From Aquiluna sp. (lineage in GTDB: Bacteria > Actinomycetota > Actinomycetes > Actinomycetales > Microbacteriaceae): a stretch of DNA of 52,583 nt. Shown here in pieces: positions 38,850 to 46,331 of this stretch (within the stretch, counting starts at the first letter, position 1; the number at the start of each line of letters is the position of its first letter). The stretch is taken from contig JBMUBK010000001.1 in assembly GCA_049457355.1 (NCBI GenBank), forward strand, positions 1 to 52,583, written 5' to 3'. A program made the translations under genes and the position numbers. The notes beneath the pieces are model-generated. The model did not search any database. It saw only the letters and a program-made list of their open reading frames with translations, and was not told the DNA's origin.

Positions 38850-39748
38850 CGACCACTGTTAAGGTTCCTGAGCTACCTAAGCGTAAGAAGAAGCTCTACG
38901 CCCAGGACATTAAAGACCGCTTTATTTCCATTTTCATCGGCATCTTTGCTGTTGTATGGGTTTTCCCAATCGTGTGGACACTTTGGTCTAGCCTTCGTCC
39001 CTACGCAGAAATACGTGCGGGAGGCGTGTTTTCTCCGCCACAGGAATTAGGTGTATTCAATTACACCGAAGCCATTGATCGGATGCAGCTGCCGACGTAC
39101 TTCACCAACACGGTGTTGATCACTTTGCCCGCCGTATTCCTGATTCTCCTGCTGGGATCTCTGATTGCCTTCGTCGTTACGAGGTACTCATTCAAGTTCA
39201 ATGTGGCAATGCTGCTGCTCTTTACGGCGGGTAACTTGCTACCACCCCAGCTAGTTTTCATCCCGGTATTCAAGCTCTACCTCCTGCTAGGGGATCTGGT
39301 TGGGGACAGGCGCTTTCTCTACGACAATCACTGGGGAGTGATCCTTATTCACGTCGCTTTCCAGATGGGGTTTGCGACGTTCGTGCTCTCTTCCTACATG
39401 AAGACCATCCCCAAGGAAATCTCCGAGTCTGCAATGGTTGATGGCGCGAGCGTCTTCACTCACTATTTCAGGGTTATGCTGCCCCTCCTTAGGCCTCCGC
39501 TAGCAAGCCTTGGTGTGCTCATGATTACCTGGATTTACAACGACTTCTTCTGGGCGCTGGTTCTCATGTCCACAGACAACAAGAGACCAATTACCTCCGC
39601 ACTCGGAAGGCTTACCGGTGAATTCGTGACGGACTATAACCTCCTTGCCGCCGGAGCGATGATTGCTGCCTTGCCAACGCTGATCGTATTCTTCGTGCTG
39701 CGAAAGCAATTCGTTGGTGGTCTAACCCTTGGCTCTACAAAGGGCTAG
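38846..39748 (+). CDS. Sugar ABC permease
   Basis: ESAMVDGA and WIYNDFFW motifs. Confidence 0.93.
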   Translation: MTTTVKVPELPKRKKKLYAQDIKDRFISIFIGIFAVVWVFPIVWTLWSSLRPYAEIRAGGVFSPPQELGVFNYTEAIDRMQLPTYFTNTVLITLPAVFLILLLGSLIAFVVTRYSFKFNVAMLLLFTAGNLLPPQLVFIPVFKLYLLLGDLVGDRRFLYDNHWGVILIHVAFQMGFATFVLSSYMKTIPKEISESAMVDGASVFTHYFRVMLPLLRPPLASLGVLMITWIYNDFFWALVLMSTDNKRPITSALGRLTGEFVTDYNLLAAGAMIAALPTLIVFFVLRKQFVGGLTLGSTKG

Positions 39749-39820
39749 TCGGGACATCTGTCTTAGAAATCGAATTTCCTCGCTTATGGTTGGGTAGGTA
39801 AGCAACCGAGGAGGCAGATT

Positions 39821-40219
39821 ATGGACTTTCAAACAGCGCTCAGGACCTTTTGGAAGCGCTATCGAGACTTTAGGGGTCGCTCTAGGCGATCAGAGTATTG
39901 GTTCATCCAGCTGTTCTTGGTTGTCACTAACATTGCCGTCGCAATTATTGACCTGGCACTGATGGGTTGGGATGTCGACCGCTTCATAGCTAACGGTGGT
40001 GGCGGGATCGTTGGACTTGTCTGGATTCTTGTGACAATCGTGCCAGCCCTTGCTGTGTTGGTGAGAAGGCTGCACGATACCGGCAAAAGCGGCTGGTGGG
40101 CTCTAGTTGGCTTACTGCCACTGGTTGGCGCTATCGTGCTGCTCGTATTTACTGTGACTGACTCGTCGCCAGGGGAGAATAAGTTCGGCATTTCTCCCAA
40201 GGAAAGCTCAGCTGCTTAG
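39821..40219 (+). CDS. DUF805 membrane protein (YhaH/YhaI-like)
   Basis: FRGRSRRSEYW and VRRLHDTGKSGWW motifs. Confidence 0.93.
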   Translation: MDFQTALRTFWKRYRDFRGRSRRSEYWFIQLFLVVTNIAVAIIDLALMGWDVDRFIANGGGGIVGLVWILVTIVPALAVLVRRLHDTGKSGWWALVGLLPLVGAIVLLVFTVTDSSPGENKFGISPKESSAA

Positions 40220-41403
40220 CCTGCGGCCACCGGCACGTTTTCATAGCCGCGGAGCACGAAGGTTGGTCTACGACTAGGTTCGGCTGTTAGTCGAAGGCTA
40301 GGGAACGTCTCGAGAAGCATGGGCAGCGAAGTTGTCATCTCCATGCGCGCTAGAGGTGCACCAATGCAAAAGTGAATGCCCGCTCCGAAGCCAATGTGGG
40401 GGTTTGGGGAGCGGCTTAGATTTAGTTCGTCAGCGTGCTCAAAAACGGTTTCGTCTCGATTTGCACTTCCCAAGAGTGCAGCTATCTTCGCACCTTCAGG
40501 AACTATCACTCCGCCCACCTCGGTGTCCTCAGTGGCGGTTCGCTCAAAAAGATGAAGCGGAGCGTCAAACCTTAGGAACTCATCAACCGCAGTTTCGGCC
40601 ATGGCCCTGGGATTAGCTACTAAGTCTTGCCACTGGCTAGGTGCCTTCATGGCTGCCACCATGCCATTGCCAAACCCGTTGACGCTTGCCTCGTGACCTG
40701 CATTTAGAAGCAGTACGCAGGTGGCAATTAGCTCTCGTGCAGAGAGCTTCTCGCCTTCCTCTTCGACAAGTGCAAGCTCAGAAATCAGATCGCTACCCGG
40801 GCTCTTCTTTCTTTCGACCATTAGGCCATGCACATAAGCGGCAAACTCATCGCTGGCCTTTCTGGCCTCTGCCTTCTCCTGGTCGCTTGGGGATGGCTCA
40901 TACATCTTTACAATCGCCTGTGACCAGGGCCTTAGCAGGTGCTCATCGCTCTCGGGAAAGCCCAGCAGTTCTGCTATCACCATCACAGGAAGGGGCTCTG
41001 CGAAGTCCGCGATTAGGTCAAACTGACCTGTGTCACCAAGGTTTTCTTGAATGCGATCGAGGAGTCTTTTTGTGATGCGCTCGACATCTGGTCTTAGCTC
41101 CTCAATCCGCTTTGGGTTGAATGCCTTCATAACCAGTGAGCGAAGTCTGGTGTGTTTTGGGGGTTCCGAGTCAAGAATCGAGTCTGCGTGGAGATAGTTG
41201 AAGGTCTCCCAGTCACTCTCTGGTTCTTTGGGAGTAAAGATGCGACCGAGGGTTCTGGTTCGCAGTACTTTGCTGGCGTCCTTGTATTTTGCGGCTAGAA
41301 ATAGCTGGCTTTCCTCGTGCCAGACAGGGCCCTCTTGCTTGCGCAGCTCCGCTAGCTGCGGATAGGGATTCGCTACAAATTCGGGGTCGGTGAAACTAAA
41401 CAT
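40216..41403 (-). CDS. Cytochrome P450 (CYP107-like)
   Basis: HTRLR, I-helix AGHEAS, EFLR and heme ligand FGAGIHFCIG. Confidence 0.96.
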   Translation of the reverse strand: MFSFTDPEFVANPYPQLAELRKQEGPVWHEESQLFLAAKYKDASKVLRTRTLGRIFTPKEPESDWETFNYLHADSILDSEPPKHTRLRSLVMKAFNPKRIEELRPDVERITKRLLDRIQENLGDTGQFDLIADFAEPLPVMVIAELLGFPESDEHLLRPWSQAIVKMYEPSPSDQEKAEARKASDEFAAYVHGLMVERKKSPGSDLISELALVEEEGEKLSARELIATCVLLLNAGHEASVNGFGNGMVAAMKAPSQWQDLVANPRAMAETAVDEFLRFDAPLHLFERTATEDTEVGGVIVPEGAKIAALLGSANRDETVFEHADELNLSRSPNPHIGFGAGIHFCIGAPLARMEMTTSLPMLLETFPSLRLTAEPSRRPTFVLRGYENVPVAAG

Positions 41404-42127
41404 CTTTGAGCTTGATGTCCTGAATTGGCAGCCGCTCTGCCTCGAAAGAGTTCACCTTGTGATCTGACGGGTAGCCAATGGCTATGCCGCAGAGGAGTTT
41501 GTAGCCCTTGGGAATCTGAAACTGCTTTCTGATTGGGTCCGCCCAAAGGGCAACCGCTCCCTGCGCACAGGTTCCGAGCCCCCTGGCGTGGGCACCAAGC
41601 ATTAGGTTTTGCATAAACAACCCGGCATCAGAGACGGAATACTCACCGAGGCCTTTGTGGGTGAAGATGAACAGTTCAACCGGAGCACCAAAGAACTCAT
41701 AGTTTCTTGCCCATTGGGCTTGCCTAGCGACGTGGTCATCACGCTTGATTCCAAGTAACCCGTAGAGCTCTGAGCCAACTCGCTGTTGTCTTGGGACAAG
41801 CTCTTTCGGGTAGGGACGAAAGACGCGGTAGTCGCTTTTGGGGAGCCCGAAGCGAGTGAAAAAAAGTTTGATTTTGCCCCAGGTTCCACCTCTTAGGGCC
41901 CTAGCTGCTGCCTCCCACCTGGCAAGAAGGTCTTTGCTGATCTGGTCCCGCTTTTCTCCTGTGGCGATGCCGACTAGGTAGGGACGAGTGTTTGACCAAG
42001 AGGGGGCGGTCATTGCATCCTCAAGTAGCTCATCGATGAGCTCGCTTGGGACAGGTGTTTCTAGGAAATCTCTTGTGGTTCTGCGAGATGCGACAAACTG
42101 GGCCCAGTCGTCTCTAGATACAGCCAC
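41396..42127 (-). CDS. Nitroreductase family flavoprotein
   Basis: RRTTRDF, APSWSNTRP, GLGTCAQ and IAIGYP motifs. Confidence 0.92.
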   Translation of the reverse strand: MAVSRDDWAQFVASRRTTRDFLETPVPSELIDELLEDAMTAPSWSNTRPYLVGIATGEKRDQISKDLLARWEAAARALRGGTWGKIKLFFTRFGLPKSDYRVFRPYPKELVPRQQRVGSELYGLLGIKRDDHVARQAQWARNYEFFGAPVELFIFTHKGLGEYSVSDAGLFMQNLMLGAHARGLGTCAQGAVALWADPIRKQFQIPKGYKLLCGIAIGYPSDHKVNSFEAERLPIQDIKLKDV

Positions 42128-42136
42128 AGAGGAAGA

Positions 42137-42250
42137 CTAGCGATAGTTTGCTAGGAAACTGGGGAATGCGGCTCCGATGATAAGCATCACTGGAACGGTG
42201 AGCGTTAGAGCAAGAATCTGAATCAGATCCCAATCAATCTTTTTTCTCAA
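42137..42250 (-). CDS. Unannotated 37-aa single-TM small protein
   Basis: AAGGAG-5 nt-TTG; reads MRKKIDWDLIQILALTLTVPVMLIIGAAFPSFLANYR*. Exactly fills the gap between the rhodopsin terminator and the nitroreductase gene. Confidence 0.7.
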   Translation of the reverse strand: MRKKIDWDLIQILALTLTVPVMLIIGAAFPSFLANYR

Positions 42251-42265
42251 TTTGTCTCCTTTGGT

Positions 42266-42298
42266 AAAGAAAAGGGGCGCAGGTTGCCCCGCGCCCCT
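42266..42298 (-). terminator. Intrinsic terminator of the rhodopsin gene
   Basis: Minus strand AGGGGCGCGGG-GCAA-CCTGCGCCCCT followed by TTTCTTT. Confidence 0.88.
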
Positions 42299-42310
42299 CT
42301 CCCTTGTGAA

Positions 42311-43069
42311 TTAGTCGCGGAACTCAGCCTTAGCGAATTCCTTGTCTTCCTCACCACTCTTGATACGAGCGATGGTGAAGATCATCAGACCGAATAGACA
42401 CTTCGCCAGAATGTCGGCGATGGTGTAACCGGTCTCACGAAGCACGAAGCTGGTCTCGTCGAAACCAGTTGCGTTCATGTTTGCGATGAAGGCGATTGGG
42501 TAAACACCCCAGGTTGCGAGAAGAAGAAGACGTAGCTCCTTGATCTTGCGCTGTACAGCCTCGCTCTGACGCTCGAGGCTCTTACCGAGCTCAACGAACA
42601 GTACGTAGAGGATGTATAGGAATGGGATGGTTGAAAGCAGACCCCAAACCGAAGGCGCTAGGCCCATGGTCATGCCGGAGTCTCCTGGGTAACCCAGAGC
42701 GATCATCAGGGCTGCTGCTGGTACTAGGCGGACGAGCAGTGAGCTCTGTGCCTGGCGAGCTAGCGCGAGAACTGCAACGGTCTCAACCAGTAGCAGTGGA
42801 ACAGTTAGGAACCAGTCAACGTAACGGTAGCCAACGTTGTAGGAGGCTCCTGCTACTGCGTCTGGACCGAATGCGTGGACAAAGCTGTCGAACATTCTGA
42901 AGTAGTGGTAAGCGGCGATCGCCGTAACCGTTGCCGAGACCATGACAGCCATGCGGTAACGGGGGAGAACACGCTCACGTGCTACGAGAAGAAAGGTGGT
43001 AGTAAACAGCATGCTCGCAATTCCAAGCGAGAGCATGTTGAAGACTACGTTATAACCTTCTGCACTCAT
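42311..43069 (-). CDS. actR: Actinorhodopsin (xanthorhodopsin-clade light-driven proton pump)
   Basis: Helix C RYVDWFLTVPLLLVE (DTE motif, Leu tuning residue), retinal Lys in DILAK, helix B His (AYHY) and WGLLSTIPF. Confidence 0.95.
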   Translation of the reverse strand: MSAEGYNVVFNMLSLGIASMLFTTTFLLVARERVLPRYRMAVMVSATVTAIAAYHYFRMFDSFVHAFGPDAVAGASYNVGYRYVDWFLTVPLLLVETVAVLALARQAQSSLLVRLVPAAALMIALGYPGDSGMTMGLAPSVWGLLSTIPFLYILYVLFVELGKSLERQSEAVQRKIKELRLLLLATWGVYPIAFIANMNATGFDETSFVLRETGYTIADILAKCLFGLMIFTIARIKSGEEDKEFAKAEFRD

Positions 43070-43153
43070 TTATATTTTTCCTTTCGGCCTTTAGGTGTAG
43101 GCCGACTCGGAAGCGAATCGAGGTCTTCGACCAGCTTCTTCGCTGACCTACAC
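43070..43153 (-). promoter_or_regulatory. Structured 5' leader of actR (candidate cis-regulatory RNA)
   Basis: Four nested stems readable by eye, starting about 7 nt after a TAGTTT -10 box (43161-43166). Confidence 0.55.
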
Positions 43154-43194
43154 ATAATTCAAACTACACCTATTCTGAGAAAATCCTGATAAAT

Positions 43195-43210
43195 GTAACG
43201 TTTTGGTAAC
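43195..43210 (-). promoter_or_regulatory. GTTAC-N6-GTTAC direct repeat (OmpR/PhoB-family box) upstream of the actR promoter
   Basis: Minus strand GTTACcaaaacGTTAC, 11-bp period, just upstream of the expected -35. Confidence 0.5.
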
Positions 43211-43212
43211 TG

Positions 43213-43683
43213 CTAATAACCCAGAATTAATTTTCCTGCGGCCAGCTCCTCCCTGGAGCCCGTGAAGAAAAACTCGATGTATTGGGGACCCTTGGAAGTA
43301 AGCGTCAAAAGTCCCCGCATGGATTCAACTCTTGAGCCAGCTTCGCTCCTGAGCTCGAACCAAAACTCCCTCGTGCCCAGTGCCAAACCGTGATTGATTA
43401 CCCGGAGCCGGGCGTTGACTCCAAACTCGTTCTCTTCAAGAACTAGCTCGTCGGTTACTTCGAGACCGCCTGCGATTCCCAAGTTCCCACAGCTAGCAAT
43501 TTCGCAGTAGGTAACGCTTTGAGGATCGAGCTGCTTGAGGGCTGCCCGCTGAGCGTCTACCTCCAGTTGGCTGCTAAGGGGAACCAGCGCCAACAGGGCA
43601 ACAATTACACCAACCCACATCGTGATCTGCTGACCCCTTGGGGTAGTTAGCCATGGTCTTTTCAAAGGAACCTCTTCGAACAA
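43213..43683 (-). CDS. Hypothetical single-TM protein with beta-rich extracellular domain
   Basis: One TM segment, a CxxxxC pair and alternating beta-strand patterns. Confidence 0.75.
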   Translation of the reverse strand: MFEEVPLKRPWLTTPRGQQITMWVGVIVALLALVPLSSQLEVDAQRAALKQLDPQSVTYCEIASCGNLGIAGGLEVTDELVLEENEFGVNARLRVINHGLALGTREFWFELRSEAGSRVESMRGLLTLTSKGPQYIEFFFTGSREELAAGKLILGY

Positions 43684-43737
43684 ACAATAGTGATTTACGA
43701 ACTAGGAGAGGGATTTAGACTCGGCTAGCCTTGTGGG

Positions 43738-44646
43738 GTGCAAGATGCTGGAATCAAAATACATCCCGAGGTAGCGGCAGCAATCTCCGAGGGGGCAGCC
43801 GTTGTTGCCCTGGAGTCGACCATCATCTCCCACGGCCTTCCCCGCCCTCAGAATCTTCTTGCCGCAAGGGCCTTCGAGGAGCTCTTGCGAGCTCAAAACG
43901 TTGTGCCCGCAACCATTGCCGTTATTGGCGGCACCCCAACCGTTGGTTTGGCAGAGGATGAGCTCGAGCTAATTGCTAACGAGGACATACCCAAGGCATC
44001 GGTCAGAGACCTGCCAATTCTTCGGGCCAAGGGCCTAAGTGGCGCAACCACGGTTGCTGCCACCGCCTATCTGGCAGCCAAGGCGGGCGTGAAGGTCTTT
44101 GCAACAGGCGGCCTAGGCGGTGTTCATCGCGGAGCGAGTGAGACCTTTGATGAGTCGGCAGACCTCACCACCTTGGCCAGCGCACCGGTTGTTGTTGTGA
44201 GTGCGGGCGTCAAAAGTGTTCTGGACATCGGTGCAACGCTTGAGCGCTTGGAAAGCCTGAGCATCCCCGTGGTTGGCTATCGGACGGACATCTTTCCCGC
44301 CTTTTGGCTGCCAACCTCTGAGTTTTCTCTTGACTGGAGGGTGGATGGTCCTGGGGAAGCGGCGGAAGTATTTAGGGCGTTGCAGGCCCAGGGTTCAAAG
44401 TCAGCACTCGTAGTTGCAAACCCCGTGCCCAATGCGGAGGCATGGGACAAGGCAGAGCACGACGCCGTTTTGGAGAAGGCCTTTGCGGCAGCCGATGCCC
44501 AGGGGGTTAGGGGCAAGGAGGTCACTCCGTTCCTTTTGCAGTTCATCGTTGAGGCTTCGGGCGGCAGGTCACTGGAAGTGAATCTCAGTCTGGCTAGGAA
44601 CAATGTCAGCGTTGCAGGCGAAATCGCCAGATCGCTCGCGAACTAA
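43738..44646 (+). CDS. psuG: Pseudouridine-5'-phosphate glycosidase
   Basis: VALESTIISHG, ATGGLGGVHRG, DESADL and GKEVTPFLL motifs. Confidence 0.96.
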   Translation: MQDAGIKIHPEVAAAISEGAAVVALESTIISHGLPRPQNLLAARAFEELLRAQNVVPATIAVIGGTPTVGLAEDELELIANEDIPKASVRDLPILRAKGLSGATTVAATAYLAAKAGVKVFATGGLGGVHRGASETFDESADLTTLASAPVVVVSAGVKSVLDIGATLERLESLSIPVVGYRTDIFPAFWLPTSEFSLDWRVDGPGEAAEVFRALQAQGSKSALVVANPVPNAEAWDKAEHDAVLEKAFAAADAQGVRGKEVTPFLLQFIVEASGGRSLEVNLSLARNNVSVAGEIARSLAN

Positions 44647-45476
44647 TGAAGCGGGTTGTGGTTCTGGGTGATGTCATCGAAGACATCATCGTCATCTCCG
44701 ACTCAGCCCGACAGCTGAATACTGATAACCCCTCAGAAATATCCTCCAAACCAGGTGGTTCGGGAGCAAACTTTGCCGTTTGGTTGGCGTCGTTGGGAGT
44801 GGAGGTCGAGCTAGTTGCCAGGGTCGGCGCTGCCGATCGAGCTCGGCTTACAAATTATTTTGAGACAAAGTTTGTGATCGCAAAATTGGAGCCCGATGAA
44901 AAACTCCATACCGGCAAGATTGTGGTTTTAGTAGAGGGAAACAATCGCACCTTCTTCACCGACCGGGGTGCAAACGAGGGCCTAACCGCAAAGTCGGCCG
45001 ATCTTTCAAAGACCGATGTGCTCTATCTTTCCGGCTATGCAGTGATGTCAATGGGCATCCAGCGCACCCAGGAGTTGATTGAAAAGGCCGGCTCGGTTGG
45101 AGTCTTGGTTGCGGTGGATCCGGGAAGCAGGAGTTTCATTAGTCAATTTGGTGCCCCAGAGTTCTTAGAGGCAATCTCAGGTTCTGACTTCATCTTTCCT
45201 AACGCTGATGAGTATGAGCTGCTCTCTAGGCATGCAAACCTGCAGGAGCTATTCCCCGAGGTAATCGTGACATCGGGTGATGAGGGCGCAGAGGTTTTGG
45301 GTATAGCGAAGTCGCCAGCTTTTGAGGTTGAGGTAATTGATTCGACCGGTGCTGGAGACGCCTTCGCCGCGAAGTACCTCGCTCAACGGTTAGCTGGTCT
45401 CGAGGTTGTCGACGCCCTTAGAGATGCCAATGCCTTCGCAGCGCAGGCCGTTACCAAGCCCGGCGGTCAGCCATAG
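44646..45476 (+). CDS. PfkB carbohydrate kinase, probably pseudouridine kinase
   Basis: PGGSGAN and DSTGAGDAF motifs; translationally coupled to psuG. Confidence 0.88.
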   Translation: MKRVVVLGDVIEDIIVISDSARQLNTDNPSEISSKPGGSGANFAVWLASLGVEVELVARVGAADRARLTNYFETKFVIAKLEPDEKLHTGKIVVLVEGNNRTFFTDRGANEGLTAKSADLSKTDVLYLSGYAVMSMGIQRTQELIEKAGSVGVLVAVDPGSRSFISQFGAPEFLEAISGSDFIFPNADEYELLSRHANLQELFPEVIVTSGDEGAEVLGIAKSPAFEVEVIDSTGAGDAFAAKYLAQRLAGLEVVDALRDANAFAAQAVTKPGGQP

Positions 45477-45479
45477 CGG

Positions 45480-46331
45480 CTAATGCCCCTTTGGGTGCCA
45501 AACGGTCTTGACCTCCATTAGGTCCAGGATGTGCTGGAGGTTTCCCTTTGAGCCCTCTCTGAGGTAGGTGCCGGGTCGAATGACTCGCTTCACGGTATTT
45601 GCCGCGCTGATCTCTAGTTCGGTTGGGTTCGAGGTTCCCTCAAGGTCCACCGCGTTGACGTCCATGTGGCCCACTAACCAGCTGGCTAGCTCAGACTCCT
45701 TGCCGCTGAGGATGTTTACCACCCCACCTGGAAGGTCGCTGGTCGCCAGCACCTCGCCAAGGGTTAGTGCCGGTAGAGAGAGGTTCTCGCTGGTGACAAC
45801 TACCACGGTGTTACCCGAAACAATTGCCGGGGCGATGGTGTTCACAAAGCCCACTAGGGCCGAGCCCTGAGGTGCAAATGCTCCTACCACGCCAGTTGGC
45901 TGGTTGGTCGAAATGTTGAAATACGGTCCTGCAACCGGGTTCATGCTTCCCGCAACTGAGTCAATCTTGTCTGTCCAACCGGCATGCCAAACCCAGGAGT
46001 CGATTGCTGCGCTGACCTCGGCATCGGCCTGTTTCTGGGTCTTGCCCGTGAGCGAAGAGATCTCAGTTATGAACTGCTCCCTTCTACCCTCAAGCATCTC
46101 TGCGATTCGGTAGAGGACCTGACCGCGGTTGTATGCCGAGGCTCCGGCCCAACCTGGTTGCGCAGCTCTAGCCGCCTGCACGGCATCCCGGACATCTTTG
46201 CGGCTGGCGAGTGCGACGTTGGCGACATGGTTGGCTTTTGAGTCCTTGACTTGGTAGCTGCGCCCGGACTCGCTCCTTGGGAACTTGCCAGCGATAAAGA
46301 GCTTGTAGGTCTTCTTCACATCGAGTCTCAT
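45480..46331 (-). CDS. Truncated aldehyde dehydrogenase-like subunit (NAD-binding domain only)
   Basis: KTYKLFIAGKFPRSESGR and LPGGVVNILSG; lacks the ELGGK and catalytic Cys region. Confidence 0.88.
   Translation of the reverse strand: MRLDVKKTYKLFIAGKFPRSESGRSYQVKDSKANHVANVALASRKDVRDAVQAARAAQPGWAGASAYNRGQVLYRIAEMLEGRREQFITEISSLTGKTQKQADAEVSAAIDSWVWHAGWTDKIDSVAGSMNPVAGPYFNISTNQPTGVVGAFAPQGSALVGFVNTIAPAIVSGNTVVVVTSENLSLPALTLGEVLATSDLPGGVVNILSGKESELASWLVGHMDVNAVDLEGTSNPTELEISAANTVKRVIRPGTYLREGSKGNLQHILDLMEVKTVWHPKGH

Noticed and set aside
45480-46331. Pseudogene call for the short aldehyde dehydrogenase
   Set aside because: It is an intact ORF with its own coupled start and a proper C-terminal motif, consistent with a split ALDH16-type subunit.
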